The notes beneath the pieces are model-generated. The model ran no database searches. It was not told the origin of the DNA and worked only from the letters and a program-made list of their open reading frames with translations. Source: an uncultured Bacillales bacterium (GTDB taxonomy: Bacteria > Bacillota_I > Bacilli_A > RF39 > UBA660). From it: a stretch of 64,000 bases of DNA. The stretch lies in NCBI GenBank assembly GCA_946410555.1, contig CAMKAT010000002.1:45235-109234 (forward strand), read 5' to 3'. A program made the position numbers and the translations under genes. How positions within the stretch are numbered: position 1 is the first letter of the stretch; each line of letters opens with the position of its first letter. Shown here piece by piece: positions 48,995 through 60,100 of the stretch.

Positions 48995-50614
48995 TTAATG
49001 ATCGATTACAGACATTAAGTTAGGAACCATTTGTTTCTTTCTACTCATGACACCTTTTAATAAATGTCCTTGTTCGATAGACTCTAAACCATATGCTATT
49101 CTAATTAAATCTTTAGATTTTGTTGAGAATAATACATTAGAATCATTAGTAATAATATTTGTTACGAATAATGCACAAATCTTATAACCATGATGTTCTT
49201 GTTCTTCGTCTAATGCTTTTATAATATCATCCTTTACATTCTTGAATCCTGCAAAGTCTGTTGTGAATACTTGTCCTACAACCATTGATTCTTCGCCAAT
49301 GTTATAAGTTTTGAAATCTCTGAAGATGATATCTCTAGCTGATAATCCTTCGATAGAAATACCACTTTCTAGAAGTTCCATACCATATTTTTGTAAATCA
49401 ACTTTAGCAATCTTAGCTAAATCTTTAGCAATAAGTTTATCCTTTTCAGTTGTTGTTGGACTCTTAAGTACTAAAGTATCAGATAAAATACCACTTAATA
49501 ACATACCAGCGATTTCTTTTGGTATCTTAATTCCATTTTCTTGGAATAAGTAGTAAATAATACTACAGCATGAACCAACAGCCATATTTCTGAAGTTAAT
49601 TGGATTAGATGTAATAATATCACCGATATTATGATGATCAATTATTTCTAAGATATTAGCTTCGCTAAGTCCTGTTGCTGATTGATTAAACATATTATGG
49701 TCTACTAATATAACTTTCTTTCTTGTGATTTCATGAGCATCAATAGTTCTTAACATACCTAAACATACACCATTGTTATTAACAATTGGATAGTTAGTAT
49801 GTTTAACTTTACTAGTTGCTTCTTCGAAATCAGTTAAGTAATCATTAGCATTGAATGTAATAATCTTTTCATTTCTCTTAATTGATTTAATTGGATTAGC
49901 TAAACATAATAATCTCGCAATCTTAAATGAAGATTTTGAAGATACAAGAATATTAATCTTATTCTTTTTAGCTAATTCTTTTTGTTCTTTAGTTAATTTT
50001 CTATTCTTAACTAAGATAATCATTTTAACTTTCTTATTTAATGCATAGTTGATGATTGATTCTCTATCACCTACGATTAATATTGATTCTTCATCTAATG
50101 GAATATCTCTTATAAATGTAACATCATCAAATGTTGCAGCATGAGCATATCCACTAATTTGTTCATCAAATTTAAGATATTCAGAAACATTTAAAATATC
50201 TAAAAGATTTTCAAATGGAGTTTCAATCTTAATTGATTCATTATAAATCATATCGTATGCAATTTCTTTTAAAGATACATATCCTACGAACTTCTTATCA
50301 TTATCTACAAGTGGAATACCTGTGAATGCATATTTGTTCATTAAACTATATGCTTCGAAAATAGTTTTATTTTCATTAATCATATAGTTTTTGTTATATT
50401 TAACATCTTTAATTTTAACTTTTACGTCATTTAAATATTCAGGAGCTTCAAGTCCGAATTTCTTAAGTGCAAATTCAGTTTCAGGATTAATATCACTTAA
50501 TCTTCTTGGTTCAGTATTCATTCCAAGTTGATTCTTTAAATAAGATAAAGCGATAGATGAGCATATTGAATCTGAATCTGGATTTCTATGACCAAAAACA
50601 TAAACTTTTTCCAT
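48995..50614 (-). CDS. CBS-domain-containing family II (DHH/DHHA2) inorganic pyrophosphatase
   Basis: VFGHRNPDSDSI (DHH motif I), VDHN, paired CBS/DRTGG insert and a DHHA2-like C-terminus. Start at ATG 50614. Confidence 0.82.
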   Translation of the reverse strand: MEKVYVFGHRNPDSDSICSSIALSYLKNQLGMNTEPRRLSDINPETEFALKKFGLEAPEYLNDVKVKIKDVKYNKNYMINENKTIFEAYSLMNKYAFTGIPLVDNDKKFVGYVSLKEIAYDMIYNESIKIETPFENLLDILNVSEYLKFDEQISGYAHAATFDDVTFIRDIPLDEESILIVGDRESIINYALNKKVKMIILVKNRKLTKEQKELAKKNKINILVSSKSSFKIARLLCLANPIKSIKRNEKIITFNANDYLTDFEEATSKVKHTNYPIVNNNGVCLGMLRTIDAHEITRKKVILVDHNMFNQSATGLSEANILEIIDHHNIGDIITSNPINFRNMAVGSCCSIIYYLFQENGIKIPKEIAGMLLSGILSDTLVLKSPTTTEKDKLIAKDLAKIAKVDLQKYGMELLESGISIEGLSARDIIFRDFKTYNIGEESMVVGQVFTTDFAGFKNVKDDIIKALDEEQEHHGYKICALFVTNIITNDSNVLFSTKSKDLIRIAYGLESIEQGHLLKGVMSRKKQMVPNLMSVIDH

Positions 50615-50673
50615 TATAACCACACCCTATTCTTTAACTGGAAAAAACTATCTGTATAGATAGTTTACCGTTA

Positions 50674-51423
50674 TTATTCACTTGTAGTCTTAGTAGCAGG
50701 TTTTTTCTTTCTTCTTCTACGTTTTCTTGTTGTAGTAGTTTTTTCTTCTTTTATCTCTTCTTTATCGTTTTGAGTTTTTAATTTTAATTTTTCTATTTCT
50801 AAATCTGATATTTGTGCTCTATAATCTTCAAGTTCAATATCATATTCGTTTTGTTTTTTCTCTAAGTTATAACCTGATACGAATACCATGTACAATAAAA
50901 CGGCAACAAACAGGAACATTATACCACTAAAATCAAACGAAGAAAAGTTTAAAAATGCATGTGTAATCACAATATTTACCATCATTAAGAATGGTTGTGC
51001 AAATGTTAAAACTAATCCTAATTTTAATGAATCATATAATAGATTAATATTCTTACTTGTAAAGATTTTATTATTAATAATTGATTTGAAAATTTCTTTA
51101 AATCTATATAGTAAAACATAGATTAATCCATAATGAATTGAATATATAAATGCATATCCAAGTAAACCTGCTTTTGCACGAGTTTTACCAATTAATTTAA
51201 TTAAACTTAATGCATCATTATATCCATAATAAGTTACATAACTATATATTCTTGCAATAACACTTTCTTCGATAGTATTACCTTTAAAGAAGAATATTAG
51301 TCCAGATGCGATAAATGAACCTAGATATACAACCGCTAAAGCTAAACAGAAATATTTAAAAATTGTTATTGTTGTACATCCTATTGAGTAAATTCCTGCT
51401 TTTGTATCAATCTTATTCTTCAT
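50674..51423 (-). CDS. Polytopic membrane protein with C-terminal coiled coil and poly-basic tail
   Basis: About 5 TM helices, then DLEIEKLKLK..., then TTTTRKRRRRKKKPATK. ATG 51423 follows GAGG. Confidence 0.5.
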   Translation of the reverse strand: MKNKIDTKAGIYSIGCTTITIFKYFCLALAVVYLGSFIASGLIFFFKGNTIEESVIARIYSYVTYYGYNDALSLIKLIGKTRAKAGLLGYAFIYSIHYGLIYVLLYRFKEIFKSIINNKIFTSKNINLLYDSLKLGLVLTFAQPFLMMVNIVITHAFLNFSSFDFSGIMFLFVAVLLYMVFVSGYNLEKKQNEYDIELEDYRAQISDLEIEKLKLKTQNDKEEIKEEKTTTTRKRRRRKKKPATKTTSE

Positions 51424-51481
51424 TTTAACCAACCTCTTATCATTAAAAGAATATCATATATTGTTTACTTTTTAAAGTTAA

Positions 51482-53437
51482 CTACTCGCTTTTTAATTCA
51501 AATAAAGCATTTCTTAATTCTATAGCTCTTTCGAAGTCCATTTCTTTAGCTGCTTTTTTCATTTCTTCTTCAAGTTCAACAATTAGAGTTTCTTTATCTT
51601 TCTTATTTAAGTTATCAATATCGGCTTTATCAATTGTTTCTTCAACTTTAATTGAAATAGTATCTCTGATTTCTTTAATAATTGTTTTAGGAGTAATACC
51701 ATGTTCTTTATTATAAGCATCTTGAATTTCTCTTCTTCTTTTTGTTTCTTTGATTGCATAATTCATTGCTTCAGAAACTGAATCAGCATACATTATTACA
51801 TGTCCATTTGCATTTCTTGCACATCTACCAATAATTTGGATTAAACTTCTTTCACTTCTTAAGAAACCTTGCTTATCTGCATCAAGAATTGCAATTAATG
51901 ATACCTCAGGTAAATCTATACCTTCCCTAAGAAGATTTATACCAACTAAAACATCTATTTTTCCAAGTCTTAAATCATTTAAGATTTTTAATCTTTCTAA
52001 TGTTTTGATTTCACTATGTAAGTATCCTACCTTTATACCAATTGATTTTAAGTAAGAAGTAAGTTCTTCAGACATACGAATTGTTAGAGTTGTAATAAGT
52101 ACTCTTTCGTTCTTTTCTTTTCTTATATTAATTTCATTAATTAAGTCATCAATTTGTCCTTCAGTTTTTCTTACATCAATCGTTGGATCTAACAATCCAG
52201 TTGGTCTTATGATTTGTTCAACTGTTTCATTATTAACAAGTTCCATTTCATAATCTCCAGGAGTTGCTGATACATAAATAGTTTGATTTAATTTAGATTC
52301 AAATTCATCAAACTTAAGTGGTCTATTATCAAGTGCACTAGGTAATCTAAATCCATAATCAACCAATGTAGTTTTACGCATTCTATCTCCATTGTACATT
52401 CCCCTTACTTGTGGAACTGTAACATGTGATTCATCTATAATAAGTAGAAAGTCTTTTGGGAAGAAATCGATTAATGTTGATGGAGTTTCTCCTTCACCTC
52501 TTAGAGCTAAATGTCTTGAGTAATTTTCAATACCATGACAGAATCCTGTTTCTCTTAACATTTCTAAGTCGTAATTAACTCTTTCTTTTAGTCTTTGTGC
52601 TTCAATGTATTTATTGTTATCTTCAAAATATTTTAATCTTTCTTTTAATTCAGCTTCAATTCTTGAACATGCTTCATTTAATTTTTCTTTATTAGTTACA
52701 AAGTGAGTTGCTGGGAATAATGTACAACTTTTCTTTGTACTAATTATTGAACCAGTTAAACAATCAAATTCACATATTCTATCTACTTCATCGCCAAATA
52801 ACTCAATACGAATTCCATTTTTCTTTTCAGATGATGGAATAATATCAATCGTGTCACCACGAGATCTGAATGTACCTCTATGGAAGTCTATATCATTTCT
52901 TTCATAGTTCATTTCAACTAGTCTTTTTAAAATATATTCTTTTGGATATTCTTCACCTTGAAGAATAACTAAAGCTTCATTTTCATAATCTTCTTTATCA
53001 CCTAAACCATATATACAAGATACTGATGAAACTATGATAGTATCATTTCTTGTGATTAATGCTTCAGTAGCTGCATGTCTTAACTCATCTATTTCATCAT
53101 TAATAGAAGCATCTTTTTCAATATAAGTGTCACTAGATGGAACATAAGCTTCTGGTTGATAATAATCATAATAAGATACAAAGTATTCTACCCTATTATT
53201 AGGAAATAATTCTTTAAATTCACTATATAGTTGACCTGCGAGTGTTTTGTTATGCGCAAGTATTAATGTTGGTTTATTTACTTCTGCGATTACATTTGCC
53301 ATAGTAAATGTTTTACCAGTACCAGTTGCTCCAAGTAATACTTGTGAAGTTTTACCAGAGTTAATTCCCTCCACTAACTTCTTTATAGCTTCTGGTTGAT
53401 CACCGCTTGGTTTATATTTAGAAACAAGTTCAAACAT
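51482..53437 (-). CDS. uvrB: Excinuclease ABC subunit B
   Basis: [15 protein letters not shown] (Walker A), DESH box, helicase motifs and a C-terminal UVR domain ([14 protein letters not shown]). Confidence 0.97.
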   Translation of the reverse strand: MFELVSKYKPSGDQPEAIKKLVEGINSGKTSQVLLGATGTGKTFTMANVIAEVNKPTLILAHNKTLAGQLYSEFKELFPNNRVEYFVSYYDYYQPEAYVPSSDTYIEKDASINDEIDELRHAATEALITRNDTIIVSSVSCIYGLGDKEDYENEALVILQGEEYPKEYILKRLVEMNYERNDIDFHRGTFRSRGDTIDIIPSSEKKNGIRIELFGDEVDRICEFDCLTGSIISTKKSCTLFPATHFVTNKEKLNEACSRIEAELKERLKYFEDNNKYIEAQRLKERVNYDLEMLRETGFCHGIENYSRHLALRGEGETPSTLIDFFPKDFLLIIDESHVTVPQVRGMYNGDRMRKTTLVDYGFRLPSALDNRPLKFDEFESKLNQTIYVSATPGDYEMELVNNETVEQIIRPTGLLDPTIDVRKTEGQIDDLINEINIRKEKNERVLITTLTIRMSEELTSYLKSIGIKVGYLHSEIKTLERLKILNDLRLGKIDVLVGINLLREGIDLPEVSLIAILDADKQGFLRSERSLIQIIGRCARNANGHVIMYADSVSEAMNYAIKETKRRREIQDAYNKEHGITPKTIIKEIRDTISIKVEETIDKADIDNLNKKDKETLIVELEEEMKKAAKEMDFERAIELRNALFELKSE

Positions 53438-53463
53438 AGTTCCACCTCAATTCCCCTTTATTA

Positions 53464-53497
53464 TATAAAAAAAGGATATAAAAATATATCCTTTTTA
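53464..53497 (-). terminator. Hairpin terminator after the 238-aa gene (bidirectional shape)
   Basis: GGATATA-aaaa-TATATCC flanked by A- and T-runs; overlaps the stop at 53495. Confidence 0.6.
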
Positions 53498-54211
53498 GTA
53501 ATGATAGATATGATTACTTACTTTAGTATTACCTATCTTTAATACTTTTTCATTAGTATCTATATTATAGAACTCTGTGAAGTCTTTTTTATATCCTCCG
53601 ATTATATTCTTAATAGTATTAGCGTATTCTTCTTTATTAATTCTTTCTTTTAAAGCTTTTATTTCAAGCATAGCTAAATCTCTGCTTTGAATAAGTTGAT
53701 CTTTTTCAACATTTAAATTAAATGATTCTTTATTATATTTATCTTTATACTTTTCTATATCTTTATCTACATTAGTTATTTGAATATCTAAAAATGAAAT
53801 TCTATTGTTTTCAATATCTTTGATTTTATTTTTTCTATATTCTTCATCTATAACCAAATCAAATAACATTACTTCATCCTTATATGGATTATATGAATAT
53901 ACTTTATAATCTTTGATATGTGTAGGTATTATTACATCTAATTTTTCTTTACCTGTATATAACTTTTTAAGTCTTGAATCTCCTTCGAGTGTAGTTAAAG
54001 CATTTTCATAAATGTTGAATCTAGCAACATCATCATAAAACTCAGTATGTCTTAGACATTCTAAGATATCCTCTGGAATATAATCTTTATTTAAACTAGA
54101 TATTTCTAAGTTTATTAAAGAGTTATAGTATTCAATTACTTCTTTTGTGTAGATCTTTTTGTAAAAGTCCATCTTTCTAATTAATTCTTCTTGTGTTTTT
54201 ATAATTCCCAT
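53495..54211 (-). CDS. Hypothetical cytoplasmic protein (238 aa)
   Basis: ORF with RBS (GGAGG); no motif recognised. Confidence 0.45.
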   Translation of the reverse strand: MGIIKTQEELIRKMDFYKKIYTKEVIEYYNSLINLEISSLNKDYIPEDILECLRHTEFYDDVARFNIYENALTTLEGDSRLKKLYTGKEKLDVIIPTHIKDYKVYSYNPYKDEVMLFDLVIDEEYRKNKIKDIENNRISFLDIQITNVDKDIEKYKDKYNKESFNLNVEKDQLIQSRDLAMLEIKALKERINKEEYANTIKNIIGGYKKDFTEFYNIDTNEKVLKIGNTKVSNHIYHY

Positions 54212-54239
54212 ATGTATACCTCCTAAAAAAAATCCTCAC

Positions 54240-54722
54240 CTATCGTGAAGATTTTAATTCCTTATTTTTAGCGCTGATAACAGCAATTCTATTTATAAAA
54301 AATGTAAGAACATAATAAATAGCAAAACCAATAAATAATCCTTTAGCAGTTCTAAAATCACTATTAGCAAGAAGTGCTTTAGCTCCTGTTAAAGAAGAAT
54401 CTTTAAAGTGAACATAAGCTTGAATAAGTTTAACTAAAGTAATTAGTAAAACAACTCCTCCGATAAGTGAGAATTTACCAACTTTAAATTTAGTTAATAA
54501 GTTAAATCCATATAGACTAGCTAGTAAAATAATTAAATTAATAAATATAATTATTAAAACAATAATAGTATTATTAAAGCTTGATCCTGTATTAACAAAA
54601 TCAGTAAATGCTTTATAGCTTAAATACCCCATCAAAGGAATAAGTACTAATACATATATAATATATGGAATAGATGATATTACTTCACTCATAATATTTG
54701 TTTCTTTAGTTTTCTTTTTCAT
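54240..54722 (-). CDS. Membrane protein (160 aa, about 4 TM)
   Basis: Hydrophobic ORF; RBS AAGGGTGA. Confidence 0.5.
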   Translation of the reverse strand: MKKKTKETNIMSEVISSIPYIIYVLVLIPLMGYLSYKAFTDFVNTGSSFNNTIIVLIIIFINLIILLASLYGFNLLTKFKVGKFSLIGGVVLLITLVKLIQAYVHFKDSSLTGAKALLANSDFRTAKGLFIGFAIYYVLTFFINRIAVISAKNKELKSSR

Positions 54723-54774
54723 AATGTCACCCTTTCTTGATTAATTATAATTTATTGTTATTTTTAACTCAATA

Positions 54775-56778
54775 TTATTTTCTTATTTTATTTCCACATT
54801 CAGGACAGAATCTTGAATCCTTATCAATTTTGTTTCCACATTCTGTACAATAGTTAACTCCTCTCTTTGAAGGTTTAACTTCTTTTTCTTCTTCATGTGG
54901 TTCTTTAATGTATTTTTGTATCTTTCTATAGATGATAATTACTACTGCTAAACCTAAGATAAGTAGATATACAAATGTAGGAACTTCATCAATCAATGAA
55001 AGTGTTAATATTACAGATATAACTGTTAATACTGTGCTAGTTTTAAATAGTACATTATTACTCTTCATATAAGTAATTAGTAATATTACATTAATAGCAA
55101 GTGAAACTAAGATAGAAATTGTTGAATCACATTCCCATAGAATTAATGAGTTAGCTATGATAGCTACAATCTTAAATACATTGTTATTTAAAGAATCACT
55201 TGTAGTTATTAAATAATATAGAATACCAAATACTATTAATTGGTTAACTGTTTTTGAAACATCAAGACTAATTGGTAATTCACCAATGAAATAAGTTAAT
55301 GCATAAAGGAATGCAAGTAAACTTATTACCTTTACTCCTCTTTCTTTTGATGCTATGAATAAACCAACAAATAATAGTGAAGCTACTAGATATAATATTG
55401 GTTGTTTAAATAAACTTAAATTAATTAAAGTAATACCTGTAATTAAAGTAGTAAATAAATATTTAAATCCTGTGGATTTCTTTTCACATATTAACAATAC
55501 TATATAATCAAATACAAATATCGTAGTCATTATAAGGAATCCAAATACTGTATCTAATTCAAGTAAATATAAATAAGTTATAAATACTATAGTTAAGAAC
55601 ATATTTTTAAATATATTGCTCTTTGTTAAGTAAGATACAATTGTAGCAAATATATTAACTACTAATACTATAATTAATGGATCAATCTTAATTGTATTAT
55701 TTAACTCTACAAGTAAAGCTATAATACAAAGAACAGTTTTAAATGGTAATATATATTGTTCATGATAATCACTCTTTAATGCATATGTAGATGCAAGTGA
55801 TGATGCAAGAACGATCACAGATACTAAGATTAAATCTGTTTTATTTACTATTGCAATTAATAAAGCAATTAAAGTTAAGATATCAATGAATATTTTAAAA
55901 ATTAATCCTTCACTCTTATCTTTAACAATGTCAAATACAACAATTAACATATCAGTAATAGTTATTACTATTAATGGTAGTATAAGTACATCATTTTCAA
56001 ATGAAGATAATAAATTCATTAAGAATATCATAATTCCTATGAATGGTACTACATCATATGCTTTACTCTCTTCTTTTCTGATTCTAATTAAGAATGCAAT
56101 GATAGATACTGATGTAATAAATAATGCAGGTACTAATGTTTTGATATTAAATGATGCATCATATATTACATATAATGTGAAGAATAAATTCGCAATTGAT
56201 AATGTTTTTGAATATTTAAGATTAAATAAATAATTATAAATTAATACTATGATTGATAGTATTGAATATTCAAATAAATAATTTCCATATTCCATTCCTA
56301 ATAGTTTAATATCAAAATTCTTATTAATAGTATTTAAACAATAAAAGAATAAGAAATATGTAGTTAATATAATAATCTTTTTATAATTAATATCTTTATT
56401 TAAGAATATACCTATCAAAGACACTATGATTGCAAATATAGGAATAAATAAATATTCATTTACAAATATACTACCTATTTTAATAAATCCATCATTTACT
56501 CCATATGAATCTATTACATCAAAGTATACTCCACTTAAAGATATAAAATATGTAAACATACTTATTAATTGAATATGTTTAGAAGTACTTTCTAACTTTA
56601 AGTCTTTTTCTACTTCAAATGATATGAATAAAAGAATGCTAGGAATTAAGAATCCAATCATTCCTTTGATTATTGATGATGAAATAAAATTGCTTGTGAA
56701 TAATCCAATGTTAGCAAGTGCAATAAAACATGATGCTAGAACAAGGATTATTTCCATTCTTTTTAACTTTTTACTCAT
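54775..56778 (-). CDS. Very large polytopic membrane protein (about 20 TM segments) with a C-terminal cytoplasmic zinc ribbon
   Basis: Ends ..GVNYCTECGNKIDKDSRFCPECGNKIRK. Start at ATG 56778 behind AAAGGAG, one nucleotide after the upstream stop (TAAtATG). Confidence 0.6.
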   Translation of the reverse strand: MSKKLKRMEIILVLASCFIALANIGLFTSNFISSSIIKGMIGFLIPSILLFISFEVEKDLKLESTSKHIQLISMFTYFISLSGVYFDVIDSYGVNDGFIKIGSIFVNEYLFIPIFAIIVSLIGIFLNKDINYKKIIILTTYFLFFYCLNTINKNFDIKLLGMEYGNYLFEYSILSIIVLIYNYLFNLKYSKTLSIANLFFTLYVIYDASFNIKTLVPALFITSVSIIAFLIRIRKEESKAYDVVPFIGIMIFLMNLLSSFENDVLILPLIVITITDMLIVVFDIVKDKSEGLIFKIFIDILTLIALLIAIVNKTDLILVSVIVLASSLASTYALKSDYHEQYILPFKTVLCIIALLVELNNTIKIDPLIIVLVVNIFATIVSYLTKSNIFKNMFLTIVFITYLYLLELDTVFGFLIMTTIFVFDYIVLLICEKKSTGFKYLFTTLITGITLINLSLFKQPILYLVASLLFVGLFIASKERGVKVISLLAFLYALTYFIGELPISLDVSKTVNQLIVFGILYYLITTSDSLNNNVFKIVAIIANSLILWECDSTISILVSLAINVILLITYMKSNNVLFKTSTVLTVISVILTLSLIDEVPTFVYLLILGLAVVIIIYRKIQKYIKEPHEEEKEVKPSKRGVNYCTECGNKIDKDSRFCPECGNKIRK

Positions 56779-56779
56779 A

Positions 56780-57370
56780 TTATTCTCCTTTTTCTTTAAA
56801 AGGAAGATCTTTAAAATCATCTATCTTTTTAATTACTACTAGTGATTCAATAATTTCATATACTGATGAAATAATTAAGATAATTCCAATTACTCTTAAA
56901 ATAGTACTTGCTGTTTCAATTGGATAGAAAATAATTATAAGTCCCATTGAAAGAACAATAAGACCTGATACTAAATTATATTTCCAAGTATTAGAATAAC
57001 TCTTTAAACTAATAGCAAGTTGAATCTTATATATAGATTTAATACAGATAAGTAAACCTATGATAGTAGTAAATACATTAGTTAATGATTTATCATTAAT
57101 AAATATATATAACCCTATTGCAAATAGAATTATTCCTAATGCAAATGATGCACTAGCTACCCTATCTTCTTTAGTATTCTTAAAGAAGACTACGATTTGA
57201 GAGACTCCAATAATCATTAGAGCAACTCCAATTACTTTTCCAATCAAACTTAAAGTGTTTCCTGGATAAATTGCAAGCATTACTCCTACTACTAAAGTAA
57301 GTATTGAGCTTGCAATAATACTTTTTTCTGAACGCTTAGCATTCGTAATTAATTTTTCTTTAATATTCAT
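56780..57370 (-). CDS. HdeD/DUF308-like membrane protein
   Basis: Six hydrophobic helices in the repeated ..G.L.I..G....... pattern typical of DUF308. Confidence 0.5.
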   Translation of the reverse strand: MNIKEKLITNAKRSEKSIIASSILTLVVGVMLAIYPGNTLSLIGKVIGVALMIIGVSQIVVFFKNTKEDRVASASFALGIILFAIGLYIFINDKSLTNVFTTIIGLLICIKSIYKIQLAISLKSYSNTWKYNLVSGLIVLSMGLIIIFYPIETASTILRVIGIILIISSVYEIIESLVVIKKIDDFKDLPFKEKGE

Positions 57371-57486
57371 ATTATCACCCTAAGAATATTATAGTTTTTT
57401 GAGTAAAAAAAAACAATATCAAAAGATATTGCTGAATTATCACAAATAAAAATGCAGTAGGCACTGCAATTAGATTATAGCACAAC

Positions 57487-57684
57487 TTATATTATTTCTC
57501 CAATAGAATCTACTTCAATTAAGTAAATAATTTTATAATCATCTTCTTTTATCCTAATTTGTAGTGCTGTATAGAAGTAATCTCCATCTTCATAATCCTT
57601 TACAGCTGTTAAGATTCCTTTATATTTTTTACCATTTCTTAACTCTACTTGTATATATTTATCTATTAAATCTTTTAAATCCAT
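57487..57684 (-). CDS. Small beta-rich protein (65 aa), possibly Sm-fold-like
   Basis: IQVELRNGKKYKGILTAV...; 2 nt after the DUF1294 gene stop; terminator hairpin at about 57451-57475. Confidence 0.35.
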   Translation of the reverse strand: MDLKDLIDKYIQVELRNGKKYKGILTAVKDYEDGDYFYTALQIRIKEDDYKIIYLIEVDSIGEII

Positions 57685-57686
57685 AA

Positions 57687-57950
57687 TTAAACTCCATATG
57701 TTCTAAATAAAATGTATGTGTAAATAAAGAATAATATTAAATTAAATATCCAAAACTTAATCTTTTTAGTTTTATGATGAAATACTTTCATTCCAAGTAA
57801 TGCTCCTAAAGATCCTCCGATTAAAGAGATAAAAAATAAAACTACCTCTGGTATTCTAGTTAAGTGTTTACAAGCTAGAAACTTATCTAAACCGTAAAAA
57901 CAAAAACATATTAAATTAATAATTATTAAATATTCAATCAAATCATTCAT
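57687..57950 (-). CDS. DUF1294 family membrane protein
   Basis: FYGLDKFLACKHLTRIPEVVLFFISLIGGSLGALLGMKVFHHKTKK matches the DUF1294 signature (DK..A....RIPE...GG..GA....HKT.K). Confidence 0.7.
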   Translation of the reverse strand: MNDLIEYLIIINLICFCFYGLDKFLACKHLTRIPEVVLFFISLIGGSLGALLGMKVFHHKTKKIKFWIFNLILFFIYTYILFRTYGV

Positions 57951-58025
57951 AAAGAAATTATATAGTGTGTAAAATTTTATGTCTAGTATTTTTTTATTTT
58001 TAGAATTTATATATTCTATTGAAAT

Positions 58026-58549
58026 CCTGTAGTAATATTAATGTAGGTGGTTAGAGTACTATAGGTTTTACCGATATTCTTGGTGTACAAGGAGTACAGA
58101 ATATCCATTGTAGTGTAAAATTTTGTGTTTGGAATAGTTCTTGAATAGCAAGCAACAGTGATTTGACAACAGACTACCAAGTGAGTACTTAAAATGTACT
58201 GATGACCTAAATTAATCTAAATTCCAACTTATAAGCAGGATGCTTATAGTTGAAGGCTTTTATCTAGCAATCACATACTTGTTAGAATATTACAAGTGCT
58301 AGGCGGTTAAATGAGAGATGTATTTATTCTCGTAAATGTGATGATTTTTATGGAAAATTTTAGTTTTTTAGTTAAAATGAGCACGAGCTGTTCATTAAAG
58401 TCTTATGGAGTAAGATGCGAGAATTTGAATTTGATTAGTACAATAAAAAGATAAAAAAAAATTCTTTCCCCTAAACTACTTCTGTACTAAATTAAAATTA
58501 AATTCCGTGTTAGTTGAAAAAAATAGATCCGAGTTGATCTATTTTTTTT
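58026..58549 (+). ncRNA. Second ORF-free hairpin-rich region; candidate structured RNA (strand tentative, class unknown)
   Basis: 588-bp gap with no ORF of 60 aa or more. Stems at 58073-80/58098-105, 58225-37/58241-52, 58264-68/58298-302 enclosing 58277-82/58292-97, and 58377-83/58389-95. Wobble pairs favour the plus strand. Ends at a hairpin with T8. Confidence 0.35.
58517..58549. terminator. Bidirectional intrinsic terminator
   Basis: A7-TAGATC-cgagtt-GATCTA-T8; overlaps the stop of the 171-aa gene on the minus strand. Confidence 0.7.
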
Positions 58550-59054
58550 GGCATTTATAATAATCAGATTTTTCTATATAATCATCTACTTTAATTTTAG
58601 ATGTTAGGTTAGCTTGTAGTGAATCTTTATCAAGTACTTCTTTCAAATCATTCTTTAAAGTTTTAAAGTTAATCTTATTATAATCATACTTAATACTAAC
58701 TATAGTATTTTTCTTTTTCTTTAAAATACTTGTTTCTACCCCATCGATATCATCATATAAACTTAAAACTTGTTTAGTTAAGTTTTCAAGTGATTTATCA
58801 AATACATTAGAATCATATATACTTTCATATAGTGCTTCACTTACATATGAATCATTATCGACTTTTAGATACATCTTTTTAGATATGTTACTTGTAGTTT
58901 CACCTTCATCATCTTCCATGGAAGCTTCGTATGTACATACATAATCATAATTATATGTAGTTTTCTTTTCACCTGGTTTAGATGTAATAAGTAAACCTAT
59001 AACAATAGTTATAATAATAGAAATAATAATTGTAATTAAAAAACTCTTCTTCAT
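58539..59054 (-). CDS. Membrane-anchored secreted protein (171 aa), unknown function
   Basis: N-terminal signal/anchor MKKSFLITIIISIIITIVIGLLI; no motif recognised. Confidence 0.5.
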   Translation of the reverse strand: MKKSFLITIIISIIITIVIGLLITSKPGEKKTTYNYDYVCTYEASMEDDEGETTSNISKKMYLKVDNDSYVSEALYESIYDSNVFDKSLENLTKQVLSLYDDIDGVETSILKKKKNTIVSIKYDYNKINFKTLKNDLKEVLDKDSLQANLTSKIKVDDYIEKSDYYKCQKK

Positions 59055-59091
59055 GTGAATATTATAACATAAAAAAATTAGGAATAAATTC

Positions 59092-60093
59092 CTAATTAAA
59101 GTTAACTAAACTATGAGCTAATCTATATCCACCTAGGGATAATTCTCTTCCAATTTTACCTGGTAGAGATGCCCATCCACACATTCTGAATGGCCCATGA
59201 ATCTTTTTATAAATATGTGGATTCTTTTCTTTGATTTCTTTCCACATTTCCTTATATTGACGTTCTGATTCATCTGTTCTTCCAAGTCTTGAGAAGATGA
59301 TACCTAAAGTAACAATTAATGATAAGTGTCTCATCATCACTTTTTTATGCTTACCTTTTAAATCTTTAAGATCATATAAAGTTGCTACCCTAGTAGATAC
59401 TAGTACTTGATGAGAACTTCTTTTAATTAATTGAGGTTCTTGAACTGATTGATCTGCCCTACCTATGAAATATCTATAGAAGTCTAAATTCATATAATGA
59501 ATAGTTTCTACATATTTTAATGCTGAATAGATAAATAAGTTATCTTCATAGAAACAATGTTTTGGAAGTTTTATATTAGTTTTATCTAATACTGTCTTTT
59601 TAAACATCATTGAATGAAGACTTAAATATTGTTGAGTTTTAAACTTTTTAGTATCTTCCCAAGTACATTCTTTATTATCTGGAAATACATTTGAGAAGTT
59701 AATAACTTGATTCTTTCTTCCATCAGTATATGTATAAACATAGTTCATGATGATTGCATCACTATCAATTTTCTTAATTCTTTTTAGTAATGTCTTATAA
59801 GCTTTTTCATCAGCCCAGTCATCACTATCAATTACTTTAAAGTATTTACCTGTAGCTATTTTTAAACCTTGGTTAATACCTTCCCCGTGTCCACCATTCT
59901 CTTGATGAATTACTTTAACAATATTCTTATACTTCTTTTCATATTTATCTGCGATTTTACCAGTTTTATCTGTTGATCCATCATCAACAATAATAATTTC
60001 TACATCTTCACCACCAATAAGAAGTGAATCTATACAATGTTCCATATAGTCTTGTGAGTTATAACAAGGAACTACGAATGTAATATATTTCAT
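59092..60093 (-). CDS. Family 2 glycosyltransferase
   Basis: TFVVPCYNSQDYMEHCIDSLL..EIIIVDDGSTD..., DSDD. Confidence 0.88.
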   Translation of the reverse strand: MKYITFVVPCYNSQDYMEHCIDSLLIGGEDVEIIIVDDGSTDKTGKIADKYEKKYKNIVKVIHQENGGHGEGINQGLKIATGKYFKVIDSDDWADEKAYKTLLKRIKKIDSDAIIMNYVYTYTDGRKNQVINFSNVFPDNKECTWEDTKKFKTQQYLSLHSMMFKKTVLDKTNIKLPKHCFYEDNLFIYSALKYVETIHYMNLDFYRYFIGRADQSVQEPQLIKRSSHQVLVSTRVATLYDLKDLKGKHKKVMMRHLSLIVTLGIIFSRLGRTDESERQYKEMWKEIKEKNPHIYKKIHGPFRMCGWASLPGKIGRELSLGGYRLAHSLVNFN

Positions 60094-60100
60094 CTTGCAC

